Below are positions 28,640 through 42,679 of a stretch of DNA of 64,000 bases, piece after piece. This DNA comes from Eledone cirrhosa (Eukaryota). The notes under the pieces were generated by a model that did no database searches, was not told where the DNA came from, and saw only the letters and a list, made by a program, of their open reading frames with translations. The position numbers were made by a program, and so were the translations under genes. Each line of letters starts with the position of its first letter. Position 1 is the stretch's first letter. Location: contig OZ024751.1 of assembly GCA_964016885.1 (NCBI GenBank), forward strand, positions 46,686,001-46,750,000, in the 5' to 3' direction.

Positions 28640-28975
28640 AAAGTTGCAAGAAAGCCCTAACTTAAATCTTTCACTAACAACAGCACGGGCTTGTGCTATC
28701 CGATGTCAATCTGTCGTCTGGTATTTTTCGGACCGCAACAGACGTGTGGATTTCAAGAAAGCCACAACTTGAATCTTTCATGAACAACAGCAGCGGGCTT
28801 GTGCTATCCGATGTTGAGCTGCCGTCTGATATTTTTCGGACCGCAGCAGACGTCTGGATTTCAAGAAAGCCACAACTTAAATCTTTCACGGATAACAGCA
28901 GCGGGCTTGTGCTATCCGATGTCAAGCTGTCGTCTGGTATTTTTCGGACCTCAGCAGACGTCTGGATTTCAAGGC
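28640..28975. repeat. 108-bp tandem repeat, about 3 copies
   Basis: GGGCTTGTGCTATCCGATGT...CAGACGTCTGGATTTCAAG recurs with a 108-bp period. Confidence 0.9.
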
Positions 28976-29690
28976 GATATGTGGTGTTTTTCGGTGGCAT
29001 TTTGCAGAACTTATCGCAATGAGTGACAATTTGGAGACGGTGGACATGGAATCCTACTTCAACAATCTACTACGTGACCCTACGATATTGAAGTAACCAC
29101 AAGACAAGGGGCAAGGACTACAAAGTTACTTCTATCTAGTCCGCCAAAACCCGCAATAAATAGCAACAAGTTATTTCTAAATTCAGTCCCAATTGTTTTT
29201 TGGAATGCAAAGGATACACCTGATAATGATGTCGAAAACCCCCTTAAAATAGATAGAATTCTCATACATAGAATAGCCCTATCCAGTCAAGATTGACCTG
29301 GTGTTGAACAACAACAACAACAACAACAACAACACAACTCTCACCAACAACCCTCGCTAATACAAACAACCTCTAGTCTTCACTCGCTTTAATACAAATA
29401 ACGGGATTTTTTACATTTAATTCCTTTTCATTGAAATTTTATTTTAATACATACATACATCATATGTACATACATATATACATACATACGTATATACATA
29501 CATATATACATACATACATATATAGATACATACATACATATATACATACATATATACATACATATATACAAACATACATACATATATACATATATACATA
29601 TATACATATATACATACATATATACACATATACATACATACATATATACATACACTCACATACATTCATATATATATATATATATATTTC

Positions 29691-29731
<41 letters not shown>

Positions 29732-29744
29732 TGCACTATATTTT

Positions 29745-29780
<36 letters not shown>

Positions 29781-30664
29781 TATATATATACATACATATA
29801 TACATACATATATACAAACATACATACATATATACATATATACATATATACATACATATATACACGTATACATACATATATACATACACTCACATACATT
29901 CATATATATATATATATGCGCACACACATATATATATATACATACATATATACATACATATATACAAACATACATACATATAAACATATATACATATATA
30001 CATACATATATACACATATACATACATATATACATACACTCACATACATTCATATATATATATATATATATATATATTTCATTTACATATATATATATAT
30101 ACACACACACATATATATATTTATACATACATAATAAAACCAGTTTCTCTACATTCCCTCCTCTCTCATTGACTCTTTCTAGCTCTCTCTTTCTGTAGTT
30201 TATTTTTTCATTTGCCATTGCTCTCTCCCTTCCCTTTTCTTTCTCTCTCTCTCTCTTTCTTTCCCCCCAACCCCCCCCTCTCTCTCTTTCTCTCTTCCCC
30301 CTTTTCTCTTACTTTCTTTTCATTTCAAATTGAGTAAAGAAACGCTGTAAAAACAGAGAGGAGTTTGTCAACAAAAGATCTGATAATCAAAGGAGTTATT
30401 TGACGATCGGTGTGAATGTCGGCTGAAAATGCTGGACAAATGTGACACAGAGTACATTCACTCAGTCTTCTTCCTCATCTCTCATCCCTCCCCCTCCTCC
30501 CACCATCTCCACCACACGATCTTAGTCATTCGGTCACACAGACATACAAATGGCCGACGGATTAATAAAATCGCTTCACTATTATCAGGTCCCAGGTTCA
30601 ACTCTAGATTCTTCTGTGTGACATCTTCAACAAATGTCATTTACTATTAGTTTAGTTAGTTTTT

Positions 30665-31125
30665 CATTGTTGTTATTGTTGCTGTTGCTGTTACTGTTGT
30701 TGTTGTTGTTGTTGTTGTTGTGTTGTTGTGTTGGTGGTGGTGTTGGTGGTGGTGATGTTGGTGGTGTTGGTGTTGGTGGTGGTGTTGGTGTTGGTGTTGG
30801 TGTTGGTGATGGTGGTGGTGATGTTGGTGGTGTTGGTGTTGGTGATGGTGGTGGTGTTGGTGTTGGTGATGGTGGTGGTGGTGATGTTGGTGGTGTTGGT
30901 GTTGGTGATGGTGGTGGTGGTGTTGGTGATGGTGGTGGTGATGGGGTGGTGGTGGGGGTGTTGTTGTTGGTGGTGGTGGTGAATGTGGTGGTGGTGGTGT
31001 TAGTGGTGGTGGCGGTGGTGTTGGTGGTGGTGGTGGTGGTGGTGGTGGTGGTGTTGGTATTGGTGATGGCGGTGGCGGTGGTGGTGTTGGTGATGGCGGT
31101 GGTGGTGTTGATGGTGATGGTGGTG
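30665..31125. repeat. (GTT/GGT/GAT)n trinucleotide mosaic
   Basis: Low-complexity tract; gives poly-V/G/P/H pseudo-ORFs. Confidence 0.9.
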
Positions 31126-31152
31126 ACCATCGTTTGACTGCAAAGTCCAACA

Positions 31153-31575
31153 CTACCGATTCTACGGGCCCACCGCCCTTAATAATGATTTTTACTATAG
31201 GCACAAGGCCAGCAATTTTGGGAGAGGAGAAAGTCGATTAAATCGACCCCAGTGCATGACTGGTACTTTATTTTATCGTATCGATCTCGTAAGGATAAAA
31301 GCAAAGCTAACCTCGGTGGAATTTGATCTCAGAACGTAAAGGGACGTAACTAAATACTGCAAGGCATTTTGTCCGACGCTCTAATAATAATTGTTTCTAC
31401 TTTCGGCACAAGGCCAGCAAATACCCAGTGCATTACTGGTACTTTATTTTATCGACCCGGTAAGGATGAGAGGCAAAGTTAACCTCGGCGGGATTTGAAC
31501 TCAGATTGGAAAGGGCCGTAACTCTATGCTGCGAAGCATGTTGTCCGACGCTCTACTGATTTTACAATTTCAATA
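31153..31575 (-). mobile_element. Tandem Nin/Deu-type SINE copies
   Basis: Two head-to-tail copies, each ending GTCCGACGCTCTA, plus a head fragment. Confidence 0.8.
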
Positions 31576-31870
31576 TAAATTAATACAATGAGGTAAAAGG
31601 TGTGCTAGAACATGTGAGCCTGTTTCTATAGGAATGTTTTCTGACCAATAATTTATGTATATTTATGTTATTTTATTCCGTTGTGCTTTTCGTAAATACG
31701 GAAGAAGAAGAAAGGAAATAGGAAATATACAATTACCTACACACTTTTGGTCGTTTCTTTTTTTTTTTTTTTCCTCTTTTTTTTTTCGGTGTCACTCCAC
31801 CTCACCACATTTTCCACACCAAATGTACGATCATTCACCTTTTTCTTATTCTGAATATATACATTCATTA

Positions 31871-31901
<31 letters not shown>

Positions 31902-31906
<5 letters not shown>

Positions 31907-31997
31907 CCAGTAAGACCCCGACGGCTGAGCTCAAGCCGTTTCGACGGAATTAGCCGTCAAAACGGCTTGAGCTCAGCCGTCGGGGTCTTACTGGTTC

Positions 31998-31999
<2 letters not shown>
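31902..31999. mobile_element. Family A pure palindrome in (TA)n
   Basis: ATGAACCAGTAAGACCCCGACGGCTGAGCTCAAGCCGTTT...AAACGGCTTGAGCTCAGCCGTCGGGGTCTTACTGGTTCAT. Confidence 0.88.
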
Positions 32000-32028
<29 letters not shown>

Positions 32029-32232
32029 TACGAAAGTTCATACGCTGAGAAGTTCATAGAGAGACCAAGATACTCTCATGGAATGTCCAAATGAGGTTTA
32101 TTTTATTATGAGTCCCTGGAAAGAAACAATGCAGTTATTAATAAGAATAGTTGAAATTAATGCATGCAATATTTCACACCTCTAGGAATCTCCTTCGTAG
32201 TGAGCCTATGAACTTTACAGCCGACCCTCGTA
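32029..32232. mobile_element. Mariner-type MITE
   Basis: Right TIR reads TA-CGAGGGTCGGCTGTAAAGTTCATAGGCT on the minus strand; degenerate left TIR TACGA..GCTGAGAAGTTCATAG; TA flanks. Confidence 0.7.
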
Positions 32233-32269
32233 TATATATATATATATATACATACATACGTATGTACAC

Positions 32270-32380
<111 letters not shown>

Positions 32381-32542
32381 GCTGTCTAAATGTATGTTAT
32401 AACTCTAAGGTAAAATTCCTTATTGAGTGCTTTTGGCTGCACTTCCCGACAGCATTCGTCAGCTTGCCCGCAACCAGAGCTCCGACTATGCCTGTACTAC
32501 TTTCTTGTATATATATATATATATATATACACATACACACAG

Positions 32543-32621
<79 letters not shown>

Positions 32622-32645
32622 CTTCTTTATTCTTCTTTATTCCAG

Positions 32646-32899
32646 ATATTCTTGAAATACCACCATTTGGACCAACTGAATATGAGGAAAATGGAGTTGG
32701 AACGGGGAGTGATCATGTTTGCAAGCAGCAGTTCGCGGCTTTCTCGCTAGACGTCGCTTTCGCCGCATGTTGAAAAAGTGGAACAAAAACGAAGAAATTG
32801 CGCGGCGAAAACTGGAAGAAATTGCCTTCGACACTTTTTAAACCTTCCACCATTATGTCGACCAAGAAAACAAACATCAATGACGAGTCTGACCATTAT
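32646..32899 (+). CDS. CHS: Myosin-motor chitin synthase, exon C (end of converter plus IQ motif), with two apparent +1 frameshifts
   Basis: TTCCAG acceptor; IFLKYHHLDQLNMRKMELERGVIM / LQAAVRGFLARRRFRRMLKKWNKNEEIARRKLEE / ..FKPSTIMSTKKTNINDESDHY; GTAAGT donor at 32900; length 254 nt between phase-0 neighbours. Confidence 0.85.
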
Positions 32900-32955
32900 G
32901 TAAGTAGGAGCAAAGACTTTTCCTTGGTTATGTTTCAGAGACAGATCGAGATCAA

Positions 32956-33074
<119 letters not shown>

Positions 33075-33092
33075 TGTGTGTGTGTGTGTGTA

Positions 33093-33265
33093 AAAGGTAA
33101 ACAGAAATAACAACACAATCGGTACAGTATATGGAAGGGATATATTAGGTTAACGCTTGATCTAGCAGGAAGGAGGGTCTTAACGTTTCGGATGCTAGTC
33201 TTTCATCAGAAGAAAGAATGAAAAATAAGATGGATTGAGAGAACGGGCGGGTTGGAATTGGAAAA
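33093..33265 (-). mobile_element. Family D hammerhead-bearing short element
   Basis: TCTT-CTGATGA-AAGACTAGCATCC-GAAACGTT-AAGA; homologous to 37660-37812 and 47095-47262. Confidence 0.75.
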
Positions 33266-33340
33266 AATGTCTTTAGATAAAAATAACAGGTCCATTCATG
33301 TTGACCTGTCTTGCAAAACTGTTGGTGATATATATATATA

Positions 33341-33492
33341 TATTTAATATAGAAATCGCCTCTACAGGACTAGAAATGTTTCATTTGGGAGGATTCATCA
33401 AGAAGCCGACTGTCCAATTAATATGGCTTCCTGATGATTTCTCCCGAATGAAACAGTTCTAGTTCTAAAGAAGCCATTTCTATATTAAATAT
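33341..33492. mobile_element. Older, diverged fold-back with hammerhead-like arms
   Basis: TATTTAATATAGAAAT...ATTTCTATATTAAATA ends; right arm ATGGCTTC-CTGATGA-TTTCTCCCGAAT-GAAAC...GAAGCCAT. Confidence 0.7.
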
Positions 33493-33684
33493 TTATACTC
33501 TGCTATGTATTGATTACCTTACTTACTGTGATGATCCCCGATTGAACTCGGGATAAACTCCTGTGTTTCACCTGTGCACTCACAGGATCATCAGACATGA
33601 TTTGTGAGTGCACAGGAAATCGCAGAGTAACAGGATTCACCATGAAATATATATATATATATATATAAAATATATATATATAAA

Positions 33685-33772
<88 letters not shown>

Positions 33773-33884
33773 AAAATGCCGACCGCGAAGCTTGCACTTT
33801 CGGGTATCTCTATACCCATTCTGCATCTTCTTATGCATTGAGTACTCCAATGGTTAGTGGTCTCCCCGGTCTCAGCACCGCAGA

Positions 33885-33950
<66 letters not shown>

Positions 33951-34821
33951 ATGTATGTATATATATATATATATACGTACATGCACATATACAAACATTC
34001 GTGTGTTCTCTCATGTACGGACACAGACTTACGTAAGTACCTACAAAATTTGAGCGGCGAAGAGTAAAAATTCTTTTAAGTTTTGATATCCCCCAGACAG
34101 GAAAACTAACAACAAGGAAGAACCACAACAACAACAACAACAACAACATAGACAATTTACATCCTATAAAGAATGATTTGCACAACAAATAAGCCTTACT
34201 CAACTATGCAAGCATAGAACACAGAAGAGCTCCTTTGTTAAATGATTTGGTTACATCATAGTAATGTCCCTTGTTTTCGTAAGGATTTATTCATTGTCGT
34301 CCATATTTGTCAGCATAAATACGTTTGTGTGTATGCATATGTATGTGCGTATATATGTGATGTGTTTGTGTAGGTATGTAATGCGTTTGTCTGTATGTAA
34401 TCTATATGATGTGCCTGTGTATGTATGAGTATGCATGTAGGTATATGTATGATGTGTGTATGTATGGATATGTGTATATGTATGTCTTTGTCTTTCCTAT
34501 ATATGCATATATTGGAATGCAAATATGCAGATATCTTTGCGATTTTCTCTGTATATGTATGCGTACTCTCACATATATTCACACACACACATACACGCAT
34601 TCAAACACACATCAGAGTGTGTGTGTCTGAGAGAGACAAAGAAAATGTATAATAAATACATATAGATGTGTGTTGTGTACGTAAGAGAGAGAGAGAGAGG
34701 GGGGGGGGGGGGGGGAGAAGGCACATCTTAGTATATACATAGTTCATGTATGCATACGTATGAACCTGAATGATAATATGTATGTGTGTGTGAGTGAATG
34801 TATCTATCTATCTATCTATCC

Positions 34822-34894
<73 letters not shown>

Positions 34895-35933
34895 ACTCTC
34901 TCTCTCTCTCTCTCTCTCGCCCTCATATATATATATATATATATATATAAAGAGAGAGAGAGAGATTTAGCATCATTATGTCATTTGTTCTATATGTGTG
35001 TGTACATGTGATGTCTGAAAGAGTGTTTAAGTGTATCTGAGAATATGAATCTATGTTTATATGTGTATCTGGGTGTGTACGTGTGAACGTGTGTCATTGT
35101 GCACATGTATTTGTGCAGGGCATTTGTATTTTAATGTGCATAATGTGAGTGTCAGTTTGTGTGTGTGAGTGTCAGTGTGTGTGTGAGTGTGTCTGTGTGT
35201 GAGTGTGTGTGTGTGTGAGTGTCTGTGTGTGAGTGTGAGTGTGTTTGTGTGTATAAAGGGATTTATTCTTGACCAAGTTCTCAGTCTATTGAGAAAGACA
35301 AAACAAAATTATTTGGGCAAACTTGAGGATTTAGATGTGAATATCAAAGGAGACGAAAATCAAAAAAACAAAAACACACAACAAAGGAAATCAATAAAAA
35401 CAACCAACAAAACAAAACCTTCAAAAAGTGATAAAAATGCAATAAAAAATTCCTTCAAAAAGAAATGATTTAAAAAATAAAAACACTACAACAAAAACAA
35501 TAAAATACGAAGAGAAACTAAAAACTCTTTTCTTATAAAATGCGTCAAATTCTGAGAAATCCTTGTAAAAGGAAAATATTTAAAGTTTATAGTTTATAGA
35601 TATCAGTTGGTTGTTGTTGTAGTTGTTGTTGTAGTTGTTGGTGTTGTTGTTGGTGTTGGTGGTGTTGTTGTTGGTGTTGTTGTTGCTGTAGTTGTTGCTG
35701 TTGGTGTTGTTTTCAAGGATAGGAGAATCGATGGAATATATGCATGCATGTATGTATGTATGTATGTATGTATATATGTATGTATGTATGTATGTGTGTA
35801 TGTGTGTATGTGTGTATGTATGTATGTGTGTATGTGTGTATGTATGTATGTATGTATGTATGTATGTGTGTGTGTATGTATCTATGTATGTATGTGTGTG
35901 TGTATGTAGGGATGAATGGATGCATTGATGTAG

Positions 35934-35997
<64 letters not shown>

Positions 35998-35998
35998 T

Positions 35999-36036
<38 letters not shown>

Positions 36037-36111
36037 TTATTAAAATAACAGATTAAAGTTTAAGCAAAGAATCGCTGCTTTCACCCTCATATATATGTAT
36101 ATATATATGTA

Positions 36112-36267
<156 letters not shown>

Positions 36268-36497
36268 TATATAAACATATATATATATACACGCCAGCTT
36301 GATTGTGACCAGTAAGTTCTACGTGGCGTTACGTAATGTATATATATACACATAAAAAAAATGGGGAAAATTCCACAAGAGAGAACGAGTGTATATAGAG
36401 GCTTATACATGCACACGCACAAACATACATATATATCTTTGTGGGTGTGTGCGTGAGTGTGTTTGTATGTATGAGGATCTATTAATTAGCTCTGAAA

Positions 36498-36641
36498 TTC
36501 TTCTTCTTCTTCTTCTTCTTCTTCTTCTTCTTCTTCTTCTTCTTCTTCTTCTTCTTCTTCTTCTTCTTCTTCTTCTTCTTCTTCTTCTTCTTCTTCTTCT
36601 TCTTCTTCTTCTTCTTCTTCTTCTTCTTCTTCTTCTTCTTC
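36498..36641. repeat. (TTC)n microsatellite
   Basis: About 47 perfect units. Confidence 0.97.
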
Positions 36642-36865
36642 TCTCACGTCTTCGACCTTCAACAACACAGACAGACATGGTCTTCTTTCTCCGGAATTTG
36701 TAGGAGCCAACGACTGGGTCATTCCATTTCCTTAAGGAATTATCTCTAAATTTAAACTGAAATGTGAAGGCCACCATACCATCAATATTTGGGGGTCGAT
36801 AGGCAGGGAGAAGTGAGTGTTAGAATTTAAAACATTCACGCTGACACATATATATATATATATAT

Positions 36866-36984
<119 letters not shown>

Positions 36985-37106
36985 GAGATTGGAAATAGCA
37001 CGGAAAATATATTTAAGGGTCTGTTTTTCTTATTTTTCCTTTCTTTGATTCATCAAAGTGACATTATTGAAAAAAATCTGAAGGACTATTCTTTTAAAAA
37101 AGAGCT

Positions 37107-37602
37107 TTATAATATATATAAAGTATATAAAGTATATTAACTATATAATGTATATAAAGTATATAAAGTATATAAAGTATATAATGTATATAAAGTATAT
37201 AATGTATATAAAGTATATAATGTATATAAAGTATATAATGTATATAAAGTATATAATGTATATAAATATATAATGTATATAAAGTATATAATGTATATAA
37301 AGTATATAAAGTATATTAACTATATAATGTATATAAAGTATATAAAGTATATAAAGTATATAATGTATATAAAGTATATAAAGTATATAAAGTATATAAT
37401 GTATATAAAGTATATAATGTATATAAAGTATATAATGTATATAAAGTATATAATGTATATAAAGTATATAATGTATATAAATATATAATGTATATAAAGT
37501 ATATAATGTATATAAAGTATATAATGTATATAAAGTATATAAAGTATATAATGTATATAATGTATATAATGTATATAAAGTATATAATGTATATAAAGTA
37601 TA
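37107..37602. repeat. 9-bp satellite (TATATAAAG/TATATAATG)n
   Basis: Tandem alternating 9-mers. Confidence 0.95.
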
Positions 37603-37659
37603 AAAATATGGAACGCTTAATAATTTGCGTGTCATCATATATATATATATATATATATA

Positions 37660-37812
37660 AACCTGCCCGTCCCCTCAATCTTTCTAATTCTTTCTTCTGA
37701 TGAAGGACCAGCGTCCAAAACGTTAAGACCCTCTTCCGGCTATATCAAGCGTTAACCTAATATATCCCTTCCATATACTGTACCGATTCTGTTGTTTTTT
37801 CTGTTTACCTTT
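37660..37812 (+). mobile_element. Family D element; hammerhead with GAAA>AAAA core mutation
   Basis: TCTT-CTGATGA-A[GGAC CAGC GTCC]-AAAACGTT-AAGA. Confidence 0.75.
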
Positions 37813-37852
37813 TACACACACACACACACGCACACGCACACACACACACACA

Positions 37853-37997
<145 letters not shown>

Positions 37998-38205
37998 TTA
38001 GATCAATTGACAACCAAAGATGATAATTCTGACATTCTCAAAATGCGCTGGCAACTCTGTGATGTATTGACAGGAAAATAGAATATAGAGGCTACCCGTA
38101 GTTTTATTGGATATAAACGTATACATGTTTTATACGTTTTCATATACACACCCTCTCTCTTTCTCTCTCTCTATATATATATATATTGGTTATTGATTAG
38201 GCGAA

Positions 38206-38318
38206 ACCCGCTGATGAAGCCAGATGCCCCGATTGTGCATTGTTGCATAATAAATGCAGACAGTGGATGCTGTGCACTCTGTTACTGCATTATGTGTGGC
38301 AGAAACTCGACTTCGGGT
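38206..38318 (+). ncRNA. Hammerhead motif with ~85-nt stem II domain
   Basis: ACCCG-CTGATGA-A[GCCA...TGGC]A-GAAACTCGACTT-CGGGT; stem III is one change from the palindrome ACTCGAGT. Confidence 0.65.
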
Positions 38319-38482
38319 AACTATGAAGGTACCCATTTATGTGTGTTGTATTAAAGCGAATAACTATGTGTCTACTCTGGGAGTTTACTTAACATTACCT
38401 ATTGAGTACGCTGAGATGTAACCGGTACTAGCAGTGAAACCCATGCTAGTCCCGTCAACTTATTATTATTATTATTATTATT

Positions 38483-38523
<41 letters not shown>

Positions 38524-38524
38524 A

Positions 38525-38564
38525 ACTTTCCTGAAGAAAAACTTCTGTCCGAAACGTTGAGTGT
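38525..38564 (+). ncRNA. Decayed minimal hammerhead
   Basis: ACTTTC-CTGAAGA-AAAACTTCTGTCC-GAAACGTT-GAGTGT between (TA)n tracts. Confidence 0.5.
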
Positions 38565-38609
38565 ATAAATCTCGCCTCCTTTGTTACATATGTATATATA
38601 TATATATAT

Positions 38610-38799
38610 AACAAAGGAATTGTGGTAAGGAACCAAATGGACCATAACGCACCAGAGTACTCAATACTTAGGGTAGTAGAGTGGGAAATATGAAAAGTAT
38701 GACCCCGACGGCAGAGCTCAAGCCGTTTCGGCGGGTATTTCTGAGTCCAGAAATAGCCGTCGAAAGGGCTTGAGCTCTGCCGTCGGGGTCATACTTTTT

Positions 38800-38802
<3 letters not shown>
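38610..38802. mobile_element. Family A fold-back element
   Basis: Tail plus palindrome of about 38690-38800; (TA)n flanks. Confidence 0.85.
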
Positions 38803-38858
<56 letters not shown>

Positions 38859-39037
38859 ATATGTATATATGTATCTATATATATGTATATATATGTATAT
38901 ATATATATATATATGTATATATATTAAATGTATTGATTATACTAACACTCGTTTGTGAATGGAAAACGTATTCACCTCCCTATCTATTTATATCTATCTC
39001 TCTGTCGATCTATCTATCTCTCTCCTCTTCCCTCTGT

Positions 39038-39117
<80 letters not shown>

Positions 39118-39231
39118 ATAATAATAAATTTGAAGACTAAAATCCAAAGAGGGCTCGATAAGGATAAATATATATCAAATATATAAGAACCGTAGAGCAA
39201 ATATTTATTAAATATATATATATATATATAT

Positions 39232-39605
39232 TCTAGGGCGGGTAAAATTCCCCGAGATCCATGATGGACGAGTTCTCTCCAGCGGTCTCTGTCCCTCATT
39301 ATCGCTGCCATGTCCTGCGTCTCCAACAGACCAGTGTCTGTCCTTAGGGCTTCAACATACGTTAACCTTGGTCTTCCGCTTCCAGTGTGTCCATGTTGGG
39401 GCTGCCACAGGAGCACTGAGTGCAGTGTCAACTCTGGATGTCGGTGAGCATGTTCAGCTAACCCCAGTCTCCTCTGTGTCACTTTTGAGCTGACTTTTGG
39501 GAGGCTCTCGTACAGCTCCGAGTTCTTCATCCTCAGTGTATACTGATTACGTTCAGAGCCATCCTCAGCATTCTCGTGTAGCACCCATCCACCATCTGAG
39601 TGAGT
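39232..39605 (-). mobile_element. RTE/RTEX-like LINE 3' fragment
   Basis: ELYESLPKVSSKVTQRRLGLAEHAHRHPEL...LLWQPQHG...GRPRLTYVEALRTDTGL...MRDRDRWRELV; shorter copy at 56685-56825 (+). Confidence 0.8.
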
Positions 39606-39643
39606 TTCTGTATGTATATATATATATATGTACGTGTTTGTGA

Positions 39644-39674
<31 letters not shown>

Positions 39675-39883
39675 TGTATGTATGTATGTATGTATGTATG
39701 TATGTATGTATGTATGTATGTACGTATGTATCTGCATGTACGTGTGTGTGTGTGTGTGTGTGTGAATGTGTTTGAATGTGAGTGCGTGTAACGGAAGCCA
39801 GGTTACAGTGACCCAACGTTGTGTCTTATTTTATTGACATTGCATTAAACATGTTTAGTTTACACCAACAACAACAGCATCAA

Positions 39884-39919
<36 letters not shown>

Positions 39920-40461
39920 ATGAATCATTTATTCAGTCCGTCGCCATATTGTCATGTTGAAGGACATTTGAGGTAATCCTTCAGATGGGAGCTGGAGGGG
40001 AGAGGAAGTATTAGATGGAAGGAGAACACTATACTTTATCTGGTTATTACCGTTGTTGCTGTTGTTGTTGTTTTAATCAGTTCAATCCTGATAGAGTAGA
40101 CCTGTGATCAAAGACATTCCAGCCGTGACCATCCAGCCAGATATTTTGTACATAATACAGGAAACCCAAAATCACAATACTCAACGCAACTCTTTTTACG
40201 GAATGTACATCTCACAACTCGTCTTTTGTTTCTATTTAAAGTAGTAATACCGTTATTTCCTTTAAGTACAGATAATACTTTTTTAAAATGTATGAATGCC
40301 ACAACATCTTGTTTTGTTTCACCAATCCGGCCCAAACTACTTCTGGTTCTATGATACAAAACCACCTATTTAAAGGGCTCCTATATTTACATTAAAATCT
40401 ACCGACATTATTTTATATGAGACATTTTTCTAAGTTAATGTTACAAATATTATCTTAATAA

Positions 40462-40930
40462 CAATGTTTGATTTAGGCACAAGGCCAGCAATTTGCTAGA
40501 AGGTTGAAGTCGATTAAATCGGCCCCCAGTATTTCACTGGTACATAGTTATTTCCTCGACCCCGGAAGGAAAAAAAATGTAAAGATTATCTCGACAGGAT
40601 TTGAAGCAAGAATATAAGAGAGACGTAACGAAATACTGTAACGTATTCCTCTGATGCTCTACCGATTCTGCCAACCCACTGCCATAATACCATCTTAATA
40701 ATGGTTTCTGATTTAGGCACAGGGCCAGCAATTTGAGAAGAGAGGGTGAAAGACGATTAAATCGACCCCAATGCACTACTGGTACTTTATGTTTATCGAT
40801 GCCGAAAGGATGAAAGGCAAAGCTAACGTCGGCGGAATTTGAATCTCAGTATGCTAAGGGACGTAACTAAATGCCGTAAATGTCCGACGCTCTACCGATT
40901 TTGCCAATCCTCTGCTGTAATACCACCGTG
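40462..40930 (-). mobile_element. Two tandem Nin/Deu-type SINE copies
   Basis: AGGCACA.GGCCAGCAATTTG...CTCTACCGATT.TGCCAA occurs twice. Confidence 0.78.
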
Positions 40931-41351
40931 ATAATATAATAATTAATAACTTTAGTAAATCTCTCCAGTGTATTTTATTACAAAAATACAATCATCAATT
41001 TTTTTAAAGATCAAAATATCTTGAATATATTGTAAGGGGTGCGGAAGAAGAGGAGGAGGAGGAGAGGGATGGGGAGGGGGTCAGGCCCAAGGACATCTTG
41101 TGGCCTAGAGGGAGATTAACTGTATAATCGATTAATGGAATTTGACCCCGACTTCATCGCTTTCTCTCTCTCATACCCCCCCTTCCCTTCTCTTTCTCTC
41201 TATATACAAGTAGGTCTGTGTGTGTGTGTGTGTCTGTGTGTGTGTGTCTGTGTGTGTCTTGTCTGACTGCATGAACACGTGTATGAATGTGCATACGTAG
41301 AATGTATGTTTGTATATATATATTATATATATAATATATATATATAATATA

Positions 41352-41570
41352 TGACAGTCGATCGCATTTCGTCAAATCGGACCGAGGAAACAATGTTTCC
41401 ATTGATATTTCCAATTGCTACTACTATCTATCGGTCGCAACCGCAGGTAGAAGGAACAACGTGAAATAAAGTGTCTTGCTCAAGGACATAACGCATCGCC
41501 CAGTCCAGGAATCGAACTCACAACCTCACGATTGCGAATCCAATTCTCTAACCACTCAGCCACACGCCTT

Positions 41571-41571
<1 letters not shown>
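41352..41571 (-). mobile_element. tRNA-derived SINE with alternative tail (homolog of 23431-23620)
   Basis: Minus strand GAAGGCGTGTGGCTGAGTGG...GTTCGATTCC...GTCCTTGAGCAAGACACTTTATTTCACGTTG. Confidence 0.82.
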
Positions 41572-41613
<42 letters not shown>

Positions 41614-41728
41614 GAAACGGCCGGAGCTCAGCCGTCGGGATCCTGATTCTTTACCTACTCCACTACCCTCATTTTCGAGTACTTTGGTGCGTTATGTCCC
41701 ACCTAGTTTCTTACCACACTTTCTTTGT

Positions 41729-41790
<62 letters not shown>

Positions 41791-42646
41791 GGTTGCTTAT
41801 ATACTTCGACTTTGAGGCGGTAATTCGGTCAATAAAAAAAACCCGTTAATTTCTTGTTTTGTACATTTTAAGAAACTAGTCAGTGAATAAAGAAGAGAAA
41901 TCTGTGCATGAAATACACCTCATCGATAATGCCATATGGGAGTGACGAAAGTCATTGGAGAAAATAATTAATTAAATACTAGATAAATTGATTAACTGAT
42001 TAATTAGTTTATAATAAATAATTGTTTCTACTTTAGGCACAAGGCCACAAATTATCTCAATGTATTACTGGTACTTTATTTTATTGAATAACTAGTGAGT
42101 GTGGTTTTATAGGCAGATCTACGTCGCCCAAATTCATAGTTTCTCTCATCAGAGGGTCACACGTGATTAGAAATGAGGTGACTCATCTATCTCGAATGAA
42201 TAAATATATACTTCGGCATGTATTGAGTACTTCTACGTTCTTTACCCAGACTTATATACATACACATACTTACATACACACACTTACATACATACACACA
42301 CACACACACATATATATATATGCACACACACACACACATATATATATATACATACATGCACACACACATATATTTATATATACACACAAATGTACATAAA
42401 ACATGTTTACAATAGAATCCCTTGAAAGACCAGCTAGGGAATTTGATTGATTTTTCAACTTCAGAACTGCAGGTATGTGTGTGTATGCGTGTGTGTATAT
42501 ATGTGTGTATACATGTGTGTATATGTGCGTGTATACGTGTGTGTATATGTGTGTGTATATGTGAGTGTGTGTTGCTGTATTTGCGAGTGTTTGTGTGTAT
42601 AGTTATATAATCGAAGTCACTGTTACCACATACCTGTCTCTCACTG

Positions 42647-42679
<33 letters not shown>

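Noticed and set aside
35187-35468. K/N-rich ORF as a possible extra linker exon
   Set aside because: No good acceptor or donor, A-rich low complexity, and exon C to D phases already fit without it.
42140-42160. CTGATGA-GA-GAAAC on the minus strand
   Set aside because: Stem II is absent and stem I is not convincing, so it was not called a ribozyme.
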